From Candidatus Saccharimonadota bacterium (GTDB taxonomy: Archaea; Nanobdellota; Nanobdellia; Pacearchaeales; GW2011-AR1), in NCBI GenBank assembly GCA_041659445.1, contig JBAZYG010000001.1, forward strand, positions 30,001 to 62,000: a DNA stretch of 32,000 nt, read 5' to 3'. The translations under genes and the position numbers were made by a program. The notes under the pieces were generated by a model. That model was given only the letters and a program-made list of their open reading frames with translations, did no database searches and had not been told where the DNA came from. Every line of letters starts with the position of its first letter. The stretch's first letter is position 1. Positions 7,280 through 15,242 of the stretch are shown piece by piece.

Positions 7280-7948
7280 ATGAATAACATTTATGAAATT
7301 TCGCCTAAAAAGAGAAGAATTAATCTTAATTTTAGTTTGAATATTTGGTTAATAATTATAAATGTTTTAGTTTTTATTGTTTTTAGTATTCTTATTTCAA
7401 AAGAAATTTTGCCGTTGGATTATATTGCATTAAATCCTTCAAATATTTTTTTAGGCAAATATTTGTGGACTTTTCTTTCTAGTATGTTTATGCATGCAGG
7501 ATTTTTGCATTTGTTTGTAAATATGCTTTCCTTAATTTTCATTGGTTCTTTAGTTGAAAAATTAATTGGTAAAAGAAGATATTTTTGGTTTTATATTATC
7601 TCAGGAATATTTGCAGGTTTATTCTTTTTGGCTTCTTCTTTAGTTTTTACTAAAGATATTGCAACTTATGCAGTTGGAGCTTCTGGTGCTTTGTTTGGTT
7701 TAATTGGACTTTTGATTTTTTTGACCCCAAATTTACCAGTTTATGTTATGTTTATTCCAATTCCAATAAAAATGAAATATGCTGCACCAGGAATGTTAAT
7801 TTTATTATGGATTGTTTCTGCAGTTGGAAATATTGGGATCGGTAATTTTGCACATTTGGGAGGATTGATTTGTGGAATGGCTTATGGACTTTTTTTAAGA
7901 AAAAAATTTCCAAAAAGAGTTAAATACATCCAAAGGAGTTTTAGTTAA
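7280..7948 (+). CDS. rhomboid family intramembrane serine protease
   Basis: Multiple TM helices, with MHAGFLHLFVNM, GASGALFGL (catalytic Ser) and AHLGG (catalytic His). Confidence 0.85.
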   Translation: MNNIYEISPKKRRINLNFSLNIWLIIINVLVFIVFSILISKEILPLDYIALNPSNIFLGKYLWTFLSSMFMHAGFLHLFVNMLSLIFIGSLVEKLIGKRRYFWFYIISGIFAGLFFLASSLVFTKDIATYAVGASGALFGLIGLLIFLTPNLPVYVMFIPIPIKMKYAAPGMLILLWIVSAVGNIGIGNFAHLGGLICGMAYGLFLRKKFPKRVKYIQRSFS

Positions 7949-8533
7949 ATGGGAAAAAATAAATTCTTAAAATATTATAAAGAATCTTTTAAATATTTAG
8001 GTTCTTGTTACAAACAAATTTTATTTATTTTTGGTATTTTTGTTTTATTTGGACTTGCAGGATTTTTTATTCCAGTTCCAGAATATCTTTCTAATCAAAT
8101 TTTAGAATATATTAAACAGTTATTAGAAAAAACAGAAAATTTTGGTTTTTTTGGAATGTTTAAATTTATTTTTTTAAATAACCTTAAAAGTAGTTTTTTT
8201 GGTTGGATTTTTGGATTACCATTTGGAATATTTTCTGTATTCACGTCGTTGTTTAATGGTTATATTTTAGGATTTGTTGCATCAGAAAGTGTTGTTGAAA
8301 ATGGGTTTGTTTTTTTATGGAGAATTTTACCCCATGGAATTTTTGAACTTCCTGCAGTTTTTATTTCTCTTGGAATGGGTTTAAAACTTGGAAGCTTTTT
8401 TTTAAAGAAAAATAAAAAAGAGTTTTTGAGTGATAATTTGAAGAAATCTTTTATTACGTTTCTTTTGATAGTTATTCCGCTTTTGATTATTGCAGCAATT
8501 ATAGAAAGTGCATTGATTGTTTTTGGAGCGTAA
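7949..8533 (+). CDS. SpoIIM-like (stage II sporulation protein M family) membrane protein
   Basis: Polytopic membrane protein with the ILPHGIFELPAVFIS signature. Its start directly follows the rhomboid stop. Confidence 0.75.
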   Translation: MGKNKFLKYYKESFKYLGSCYKQILFIFGIFVLFGLAGFFIPVPEYLSNQILEYIKQLLEKTENFGFFGMFKFIFLNNLKSSFFGWIFGLPFGIFSVFTSLFNGYILGFVASESVVENGFVFLWRILPHGIFELPAVFISLGMGLKLGSFFLKKNKKEFLSDNLKKSFITFLLIVIPLLIIAAIIESALIVFGA

Positions 8534-8565
8534 TAAAGATTAAAGAGTATTATTAATTTTATAGT

Positions 8566-8757
8566 TTAATCCTTTAAATCATTTATTCCTAAAACAATTA
8601 AGATTATTCCAATTAACAGCACTAAAATTATTATTCCACCTTTTATTAAATTTAATGTTGCTATTCCCCAACTATGCATTATACTTCCTGGAAAAATCAA
8701 ATATAACGGAATTACAACTAAAATCAATCCTATTAATATTTTTAAAAGTTTATTCAT
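8566..8757 (-). CDS. small two-TM membrane protein (63 aa)
   Basis: Hydrophobic ORF with an ATG start and no competing gene. Confidence 0.45.
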   Translation of the reverse strand: MNKLLKILIGLILVVIPLYLIFPGSIMHSWGIATLNLIKGGIIILVLLIGIILIVLGINDLKD

Positions 8758-8851
8758 TTTATTTTTATGGTTTTTTATTTTAAAAAGATTGTTGTTGTAA
8801 GATATCTATTAAAATAGTAAGAATTAAAAACACTAATTGAATTTTATTTTT

Positions 8852-9796
8852 ATGGATAAAGAAAAAGATATTGTTAGAGACTTGAAAATTAATGGGAAAA
8901 CTACCCTTAATGAATTGTTGAATCAAATGAAAAAAATGGGTGGTTTTACTTCAAAAAAATTAGCTGTTGCTTCAGATATTCTAGATGAAATGACTGAAAA
9001 ATGTGATTTGAGAATTTTAAGTTTTCCTTCATGTATAGTTTCAACTGGTACAAGGGGAATAATTAAAGAACTTGTAAAGCAAAAAAAAGTTGATGCAATA
9101 ATAACTACTGTTGGAACTCCAGATCATGATTTAGCAAGAACATGGAAAGATTATTATGCAGGAGATTTTGAAGAAGACGATGTAAAACTGAGAAAAAAAG
9201 GGGTTAATAGAGAAGGAAATGTTTTAGTTCCTAATGAGGCTTATTGGCATTTAGAAGATAATATGAAAATAATTCTTGAAGAATGTTATAAAGAGAAAAA
9301 AATCTGGGCTCCTCATGAAATAATTTGGAAATGTGGTGAATTTTTAGATAAGAAAAATTTTCCAAAAAAAGAAGAATCAATAATTTATTGGTGTTGGAAA
9401 AATAAAATTCCAATGTTTATTCCAGGTGCATTAGATGGAGCATGGGGTTATCAAATTTGGCTTTTTTGGCAATACAAACATGAAGACTTGAATTTGAGTC
9501 TTTTTTTAGATGATCAAAAACTTTCTGATTTAATTTATAATTCTAAAAAATCATCTGCATTAATGATTGGAGGTGGAATTTCAAAACATCATACAATTTG
9601 GTGGCAACAGTTTAGAAATGGGTTGGATTATGCAATTTACATAACAACAGCTGTTGAATGGGACGGTTCTTTAAGTGGAGCTAGATTAAGAGAAGCTATT
9701 TCTTGGGGAAAAGTTAAACCAAGTGCTAAGCAAATTACTGTTGAAGGAGACGCTACTGTTTTATTGCCTTTACTTGCATCTAAAATTTTGAATTAA
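8852..9796 (+). CDS. dys: deoxyhypusine synthase
   Basis: DHS-family sequence throughout, including GGGISKHH and ISWGKV. I prefer the ATG at 8852 to the TTG at 8837 used in the ORF track. Confidence 0.9.
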   Translation: MDKEKDIVRDLKINGKTTLNELLNQMKKMGGFTSKKLAVASDILDEMTEKCDLRILSFPSCIVSTGTRGIIKELVKQKKVDAIITTVGTPDHDLARTWKDYYAGDFEEDDVKLRKKGVNREGNVLVPNEAYWHLEDNMKIILEECYKEKKIWAPHEIIWKCGEFLDKKNFPKKEESIIYWCWKNKIPMFIPGALDGAWGYQIWLFWQYKHEDLNLSLFLDDQKLSDLIYNSKKSSALMIGGGISKHHTIWWQQFRNGLDYAIYITTAVEWDGSLSGARLREAISWGKVKPSAKQITVEGDATVLLPLLASKILN

Positions 9797-9807
9797 ATTA
9801 AAATAAT

Positions 9808-10557
9808 ATGAAATTATATTTTGTTCCAGGAATAAATGGCCTTGGTAAAACTAGCGGTGTTGAAAAAAATGATTTATTCTTTAAAAATTTTGAATTTGAA
9901 AAATTAAAATTAAATAACGAGGATATTAATAAACAATTTAAAGAAATTTATTCTTTTTTTGGAAAATCTTTAATGAAAAATTTTTTTGTTTTGGGAGGAG
10001 ACCATTCTATTTCTTATCCTATTTTTAAATCGTTTTTTGAAAAATACAAGCAAGATGCAAAATTGCTTATTTTTGATGCACATTTTGATTTAGTTAAACC
10101 TATGCCTGAACCAACTCATGAAGAATGGTTAAGGGCAATTATTGAATTGGGTTTTAATCCGAAAAATATTTTGTTGGTGGGGATAAGGAGAAAAAGTAAG
10201 AACATAGATATTAAAGAGATTAATTATGCCTTTGAAAAAAAAATTAACATTGTTTATTGCGATGAATTTAAAGAAAAATTGAATGAAATTTTGAATTTTG
10301 CTTCTAATGGAAAAACTTATGTTTCTTTTGATATAGATGCTTTTGATTCTTCAATTATATCTTGCACGAGTTATCCTGAAAAACAAGGGTTATTTGAAGA
10401 AGATGTTTTTAGTTTATTGAATAAATTGTGTAAGTTAAAAAGTGTTTATGCTTTTGATTTAGTCGAAATAAATTTTAATAAATGTTCTAAAAAAGATAAA
10501 GAAAAGACTTTGAAAGTCGCAAAAAAATTTTTAAAAATATTTTTAAATAAAATTTAG
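9808..10557 (+). CDS. speB: agmatinase/arginase (ureohydrolase) family protein, short form
   Basis: Metal-ligand motifs GGDHSISYP, FDAHFD and SFDIDAFD are present. The gene lies 11 nt downstream of dys. Confidence 0.7.
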   Translation: MKLYFVPGINGLGKTSGVEKNDLFFKNFEFEKLKLNNEDINKQFKEIYSFFGKSLMKNFFVLGGDHSISYPIFKSFFEKYKQDAKLLIFDAHFDLVKPMPEPTHEEWLRAIIELGFNPKNILLVGIRRKSKNIDIKEINYAFEKKINIVYCDEFKEKLNEILNFASNGKTYVSFDIDAFDSSIISCTSYPEKQGLFEEDVFSLLNKLCKLKSVYAFDLVEINFNKCSKKDKEKTLKVAKKFLKIFLNKI

Positions 10558-10631
10558 ATTTTTTGCTTTCTTATAAATATTATTTTCTATACTCTCTAAA
10601 TCTTTATATATTCTTGATATTCTTTTATATC

Positions 10632-11753
10632 ATGGAAAATAATTCAGAAGATATTTCAGAGAATAATGGTTCTGAAATTAAAGAACTTTTTATTCCGAAA
10701 ACTGAGAACGAAATGGTTATTGAAAAAGAGAAGGATTTTGAAGATATTCTTAAAATGTTTGCTCCAGGAACTTCTATGAGGACGGCTTTAGATGATTTAT
10801 TAAGAGCAAGAATGGGTGCTTTAATTGTCTTTGATAATGGATATGTTTCTAATTTTATTGAAAAAGGTTTTAAAATAGGTTGTAAATTTACACCTCAGAG
10901 ATTGGTTGAATTAGCAAAAATGGATGGGGCAATCATTTTATCAAGAGACGGTAAAAAAATTTTATCTGCAAATGCTCTTTTAAATCCAAGTGTTGAAATT
11001 TCGACTCGTGAAACAGGAACAAGACATAAGGCTGCTGAGAGAACTGCAAAACAATCTAAGACAATTGTAATTGCTGTTTCAGAAAGAAAAAATAAAATAT
11101 CTCTTTTTTATGGAGATTTGCGTTATAGACTAGAAAGTAGTTCTGAAATTTTGAGAAGGGCAACAGAGACTTTAAACATGTTGGAAAAGCAAAAAGAAAT
11201 TTTCAGCGAATTATTAGATAATTTAAATTTATTAGAATTAAGAAAAATAGTTTCAGTTAACGACGTTAGTTTAGTGTTACAGAGATTAGAAATAATGAAA
11301 AGAATTTCTGAAATTGTTAAAGGATATTTAGTTGAATTAGGTCAAGAAGGACTTATTGTAAAAATGAGATTAAAAGAACTTATGGGAAATACAAAAAAAG
11401 AACAAGAATTAATTCTTAGAGATTATTTTGGAAATAGTTCTGCTTATGCTTTGGAAATTCTTGAAAAAATGAGTTTTGATTTTTTATTAGAACCTTTAAA
11501 TATTTCTAGGATGTTATTTGAAGAACTTCATGACAAATATATTTCTCCTAAAGGAATTAGAATTTTATCAAAAACAAATTTATTAGAGAGATATGTTGAT
11601 TCTTTAATTTCTAAATTTGGTAATTTAAATAATATTTTAAGATCTAACGACGACGGACTTTTAGAAATTCTTGAAACAGAACCAATGGTTGATTTTTTTA
11701 GAGAAGAAATATATAATTTAAAGGAAAAAGTTGGTATAGGAAAAAGAATTTAA
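10632..11753 (+). CDS. disA: DisA-type diadenylate cyclase (DAC domain, helical linker, C-terminal HhH-like region)
   Basis: DAC-domain sequence LRARMGALIVF, MDGAIIL and ETGTRHKAAERTA. The overall length fits DisA. I prefer the ATG at 10632 to the TTG at 10563. Confidence 0.85.
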   Translation: MENNSEDISENNGSEIKELFIPKTENEMVIEKEKDFEDILKMFAPGTSMRTALDDLLRARMGALIVFDNGYVSNFIEKGFKIGCKFTPQRLVELAKMDGAIILSRDGKKILSANALLNPSVEISTRETGTRHKAAERTAKQSKTIVIAVSERKNKISLFYGDLRYRLESSSEILRRATETLNMLEKQKEIFSELLDNLNLLELRKIVSVNDVSLVLQRLEIMKRISEIVKGYLVELGQEGLIVKMRLKELMGNTKKEQELILRDYFGNSSAYALEILEKMSFDFLLEPLNISRMLFEELHDKYISPKGIRILSKTNLLERYVDSLISKFGNLNNILRSNDDGLLEILETEPMVDFFREEIYNLKEKVGIGKRI

Positions 11754-11754
11754 G

Positions 11755-12792
11755 ATGCTGACAAAAAAGCAAATATCTGAAATTAAAGTTTTATTAGAAA
11801 AATCACAAAATCCTTTGTTCTTTTTTGACAATGATCAAGATGGATTTTGTGCTTTTTTAATTTTAAGAAGAGCTTTGGAAAGAGGAAAAGGCATTGCTGT
11901 TAAAAATACTCCGATGGGAAAAGAATATTTTAGAAGAGTTGATGAATTCTATCCTGATTTAATTGTAATTTTGGATCAGCCAGAAGTTTCGCTTGAATTT
12001 TTTCAAGAAGTTGAAAAGGTAAATGTACCTGTTCTTTTTATTGATCATCATGAAATTGATAATAAAAAAATTCCAGATTTTGTAAATTATTATAATCCTG
12101 TTTTTAACAGAAAAAAATCAAATGAGCCGACGACTTTTTTATGTTCTTCAATTTTTAAGAGAAAAGATGATGAATGGCTTGAAGTAGTAGGATGTATTTC
12201 AGATAGATTTTTGCCTAAATCTTATAAAAATTTTTATAAACAATATCCTGAATTAGGAATTAAATCAAATGATGTTTATGATATCTTTTATAGATCTGAA
12301 ATTGGAAAGATTTCTCAAATTCTTGGTGCAGGACTTAAAGATAAAACTACAAATGTTGTAAACATGATAAAATTTTTAATAAAATGCAAATCTCCAACTG
12401 ATGTTCTCAACGAGAATAAAGAAAGTTTGTCGTTTCACAAAAGATTCAATGAAATTAATTCTAAATATGAAAAATTAATTAGAAAAGCTCAGGAGTTTAA
12501 TAATTTAGATAAAATTTTATTTTTTAAATATTCGGGAGATATAAGTATGAGTTCAGATTTGGCTAATGGGCTTTATTATAAATTTCCAAATAAAGTTATT
12601 GTTGTTTGCTATGTCAATGGCGAGAGAGTAAATGGTTCTGCAAGAGGAAAAAAAATTAAAGAAAAATTTATAGAAATTTTTAAAAAAATTGAAAACTCTT
12701 CGGGTGGAGGGCATGAAGATGCTGTTGGTTTTAGAATGAGTTTAAATGATGTAGATTTCTTTTTTGAAGAGTTAAAAAAAGTTGTATCTTAA
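11755..12792 (+). CDS. DHH/DHHA1 family phosphoesterase (NrnA-like or archaeal RecJ-like), copy 1
   Basis: Motifs are DNDQDG, ILDQ, IDHHE and GGGHEDAVGF. Its start lies 1 nt after the disA stop. Confidence 0.8.
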   Translation: MLTKKQISEIKVLLEKSQNPLFFFDNDQDGFCAFLILRRALERGKGIAVKNTPMGKEYFRRVDEFYPDLIVILDQPEVSLEFFQEVEKVNVPVLFIDHHEIDNKKIPDFVNYYNPVFNRKKSNEPTTFLCSSIFKRKDDEWLEVVGCISDRFLPKSYKNFYKQYPELGIKSNDVYDIFYRSEIGKISQILGAGLKDKTTNVVNMIKFLIKCKSPTDVLNENKESLSFHKRFNEINSKYEKLIRKAQEFNNLDKILFFKYSGDISMSSDLANGLYYKFPNKVIVVCYVNGERVNGSARGKKIKEKFIEIFKKIENSSGGGHEDAVGFRMSLNDVDFFFEELKKVVS

Positions 12793-12803
12793 AATAAAAA
12801 GCC

Positions 12804-12811
12804 TTAAATAT
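12804..12811 (+). promoter_or_regulatory. TATA-like box (ttaaatat) in the long intergenic region, ~26 nt upstream of nt 12832
   Basis: It has the same TATA-to-start spacing as the leaderless genes in this window. Confidence 0.35.
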
Positions 12812-12831
12812 ATGTATTTCTTGTAAAAAAT

Positions 12832-12915
12832 ATGGAAGCAAAACTAAATTCAACTAGAAATTATAATTTTAAGTTTGATTTAGTGGCAACTTCTATTATT
12901 AAAAAAATTGCCTAA
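12832..12915 (+). CDS. possible 27-aa micro-ORF (MEAKLNSTRNYNFKFDLVATSIIKKIA), or the 5' part of a noncoding transcript
   Basis: An ATG sits at the position predicted by the upstream TATA. There is no other support. Confidence 0.2.
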   Translation: MEAKLNSTRNYNFKFDLVATSIIKKIA

Positions 12916-12930
12916 TTCGATTCGATTTCC

Positions 12931-13003
12931 TTCTTAGGTCTCGAATTGAATGGGAAACATTTCTTAAACAATTTAGAGGCTAAAGAAGGTTCGAATCTAA
13001 GAA
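12931..13003 (+). ncRNA. candidate structured RNA / long imperfect inverted repeat
   Basis: ttcttaggtctcgaatt (12931-12947) pairs with ggttcgaatctaagaa (12988-13003), about 16 bp with one bulge. An inner ttctt/aagaa pairing is also possible. The segment is locally GC-enriched in a 387-nt noncoding gap. Confidence 0.25.
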
Positions 13004-13005
13004 CC

Positions 13006-13122
13006 ATGAAAAACAAAGAAAAAATGGAGAAAAAAGAAGTAGAGAAAGAATTGAGTTTTTTATTAGAGAAAACTTTCAAAATGGAAGATGAACTTAATTC
13101 TTTGCTAAAAATAGACGATTAG
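13006..13122 (+). CDS. possible 38-aa K/E-rich small protein
   Basis: ATG-to-TAG ORF below the ORF-track cutoff. It has native codon usage but no motif support. Confidence 0.25.
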   Translation: MKNKEKMEKKEVEKELSFLLEKTFKMEDELNSLLKIDD

Positions 13123-13179
13123 CATGAAACTGAATTTTCTTTTGGATTTTATTATTTGTTAATGTTTAAAATAACTTTT

Positions 13180-14631
13180 TTAATAACTTTTTGCAAAATA
13201 AATTCTTACTTTTACAGGTTTTCCGCAAATAGGGCAATTTCCAGAAATTTTTTGATTTTCATATCCTAATGGAATGCATCGTCCTGTTGCATTTGTTTTT
13301 TCTTTTATTTTTTCTTCACATTCAGTAGTATTACACCAATTTATGAAAATAATTTTTTTATTTTTTATTGCTTTCTCAAATTCATTTAAGTTTTTTACTT
13401 CTACAATACTTTCATAAAGATTTTTTTGAGCTTTTTCAAAAATCTCTGATTGCATTTTTTCAAGGATTTTGGGTATTTCTTTTTTTAAATCTTTTATTTT
13501 TATTGCAGTTTTTTCAAAATTGTTTCTTTTAACTACAATTACTTGATTTTTTTCTAAATCTTTTGGGCCAATTTCAATTCTTAATGGAATTCCTTTTAAT
13601 TCATATTCTGAAAATTTGTATCCTGGAGTAAATTCTTCAGAATCATCTAAAATTGGATTTAATTTTTCAAGAGATTTTTTTATTTCTCTAGAAAGTTTTA
13701 AGATTTTTTCTTTTGTTTTATCAAATAATATTGGAATTATCACAACTTTGTTTTCTGCGATTTTTGGAGGCAAAATTAATCCTTTATCATCTGAATGAGT
13801 CATTACCATTCCCCCAATTAATCTGGTTGATATTCCCCAAGAATTTTGCCATGGAAGATGTTTTTTTTCATCTTTTCCTAAGAATGAAATTCCAAATGCT
13901 TTTGCAAAACCTTGTCCTAAATTGTGTGATGTTCCACATTGCAATGCTTTTCCGTCGGACATAAATGCCTCTATTGTGTAAGTATTCAATGCGCCTGCAA
14001 ATTTTTCTTTTTCTGTTTTTTTACCAATTAAAACAGGCATTGCTAAAAGTTCTTCACAAAGTTTTTTATATTTTTTAATAACTTCTAAGGTGTCTTTTTC
14101 ACATTCCTTTTCTGTTTCATAAACACAATGTCCTTCTTGCCATAAAAATTCTCTTGACCTTAAAAATAATTTTGTAGTGTTTGTTTCCCATCGAACAATA
14201 TTACACCATTGATTTATTTTTAATGGTAAATCTCGATAAGAACGAATCCATCTTGAATAAGAATCATACATTATTGTTTCAGATGTTGGACGAATTGCTA
14301 ACCTTTCTCCATCTTTTGTTAATTCCTTATCAATCCATGCAACTTCTGGCGAGAAACCTTTTGCATGTTCTGCTTCTTTTTTGAAAAATGATTCAGGTAT
14401 GAAAATTGGAAAATATGCATTTTTCACACCTAGGGGTTTGTTAATTTTTTCATTAAAATATTCTTGAATTTTTTCCCAGATAGAATATCCTAAGGGTTTT
14501 ATAACCATACAACCTTTTACTGTTGCAAATTCAACTAATCCTGATTTCAGGCAAACTTGTTCATACCACTCAGAAATATTTTCTTCTTTTTTAACAGTTA
14601 TTCCTTTGTCTTTTGAATTGTTTGAATTCAT
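13180..14631 (-). CDS. proS: prolyl-tRNA synthetase, archaeal/eukaryotic type
   Basis: Class II core with an archaeal-type C-terminal zinc domain (CNTTECE...CPICG). The protein ends with a terminal Tyr (AKSY). Confidence 0.92.
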   Translation of the reverse strand: MNSNNSKDKGITVKKEENISEWYEQVCLKSGLVEFATVKGCMVIKPLGYSIWEKIQEYFNEKINKPLGVKNAYFPIFIPESFFKKEAEHAKGFSPEVAWIDKELTKDGERLAIRPTSETIMYDSYSRWIRSYRDLPLKINQWCNIVRWETNTTKLFLRSREFLWQEGHCVYETEKECEKDTLEVIKKYKKLCEELLAMPVLIGKKTEKEKFAGALNTYTIEAFMSDGKALQCGTSHNLGQGFAKAFGISFLGKDEKKHLPWQNSWGISTRLIGGMVMTHSDDKGLILPPKIAENKVVIIPILFDKTKEKILKLSREIKKSLEKLNPILDDSEEFTPGYKFSEYELKGIPLRIEIGPKDLEKNQVIVVKRNNFEKTAIKIKDLKKEIPKILEKMQSEIFEKAQKNLYESIVEVKNLNEFEKAIKNKKIIFINWCNTTECEEKIKEKTNATGRCIPLGYENQKISGNCPICGKPVKVRIYFAKSY

Positions 14632-14652
14632 AAATATTAAAGTAAAATAGGG

Positions 14653-14660
14653 TTTAAATT
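14653..14660 (-). promoter_or_regulatory. TATA-like element ~26 nt upstream of the proS ATG
   Basis: tttaaatt is centred ~26 nt from the start codon at 14631. Confidence 0.35.
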
Positions 14661-14720
14661 ATTTTGTAGTAAGTTAAAAATATATAAAATAAAGAAATTC
14701 AAACTATTAAAATTTTTTGT

Positions 14721-14999
14721 ATGATCTTTTATCATAACAATTTTTATAAAGGAGATGAATCCTATAATTTTATGGTAGATGTAGATTATGGAGATCATGA
14801 ATCAATGAAATGTATGAGGGCTTATCACAAAGTTTTTTGTCTAGTTATTGAAAGAAGATCTTTAGAAGATTTGAAAAAAGATTTGGAAGATATTAAATCT
14901 ATTCCTAAACAATTTTATGAGAAAGATTTTGCAACTAAAGAAATTATTGAAGGAGTTATTTCTAGAATAGAGAAAAAAATAAAGAATCTTGAAGATTAA
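14721..14999 (+). CDS. hypothetical protein (92 aa)
   Basis: ORF with native codon usage and no overlapping gene. I recognise no motif. Confidence 0.45.
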   Translation: MIFYHNNFYKGDESYNFMVDVDYGDHESMKCMRAYHKVFCLVIERRSLEDLKKDLEDIKSIPKQFYEKDFATKEIIEGVISRIEKKIKNLED

Positions 15000-15031
15000 T
15001 GAATTTTTGAATAATTTTGCATTTTGTTAAA

Positions 15032-15039
15032 TTATATAA
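15032..15039 (+). promoter_or_regulatory. TATA box (ttatataa) of the tRNA-Arg gene, centred ~26 nt upstream of tRNA position +1
   Basis: There are 22 nt between the box and A1 of the tRNA (15062). The tRNA-Asn gene has the same geometry. Confidence 0.5.
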
Positions 15040-15061
15040 ACCCATTAATTCTCTAAATTTT

Positions 15062-15199
15062 AGGCCTGTCGTTCAACGGATAGGATCTCAGGTTTCGGTC
15101 GTGGGGAACCAAGTTTCCCCGAACGGTCTCCCCTCCTTTTTTTGGGAAGATAGAAACGGAAGAACCCTGATGATGGGGGTTCGATTCCCTCCAGGCCTG
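15062..15199 (+). tRNA. tRNA-Arg(UCG) with a 66-nt intron at the canonical 37/38 position
   Basis: The acceptor stem is AGGCCTG/CAGGCCT (7 bp) and the T arm is GGGGG-TTCGATT-CCCTC. The anticodon stem is TCAGG (15088-92) with CCTGA (15166-70), and the loop is TT-TCG-G|intron|C. The discriminator is G, no CCA is encoded, and a T6 run follows. The D stem is weak (two G-U pairs). Confidence 0.75.
15099..15164 (+). other. tRNA intron bounded by an hBHBh' splicing motif
   Basis: A 4-bp central helix (15093-96 tttc with 15159-62 gaag) is flanked by 3-nt bulges (15097-99 ggt and 15163-65 aac). An outer helix pairs 15100-02 with 15156-58. The interior holds the ggggaa/ttcccc hairpin (15103-15120) and a T7 run (15137-15143). 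Confidence 0.65.
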
Positions 15200-15205
15200 T
15201 TTTTT
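15200..15205 (+). terminator. oligo-T (T6) terminator after tRNA-Arg
   Basis: The T6 run starts immediately after the discriminator base. Confidence 0.5.
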
Positions 15206-15242
15206 AGCAAATATTTTTAACTAAAGTTTTTCTTATTTATTT

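Noticed and set aside
8837-8851. TTG start codons used by the ORF track (8837, and likewise 10563, 22038, 26658)
   Set aside because: In each case the N-terminal extension is hydrophobic or low-complexity junk, and an ATG follows at a position consistent with the TATA-box spacing. The ATG starts are adopted (8852, 10632, 22044, 26667).
12985-12999. T-loop-like ggttcgaatc, suggesting a tRNA or a split tRNA half
   Set aside because: The flanking bases do not form a T stem (gaagg versus ctaag). I could build no acceptor or anticodon arm. The sequence instead pairs with 12931-12947 as a long hairpin.
15167-15173. ctgatga resembling box D plus box C of a C/D sRNA near the tRNA intron
   Set aside because: It lies in exon 2 (3' anticodon stem and variable loop), not in the intron. 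No second box pair or guide arrangement is present.
15017-15220. 67-aa ORF in the six-frame track
   Set aside because: It is fully explained by the intron-containing tRNA-Arg gene (15062-15199). GC-rich structural RNA gives a stop-free frame by chance.
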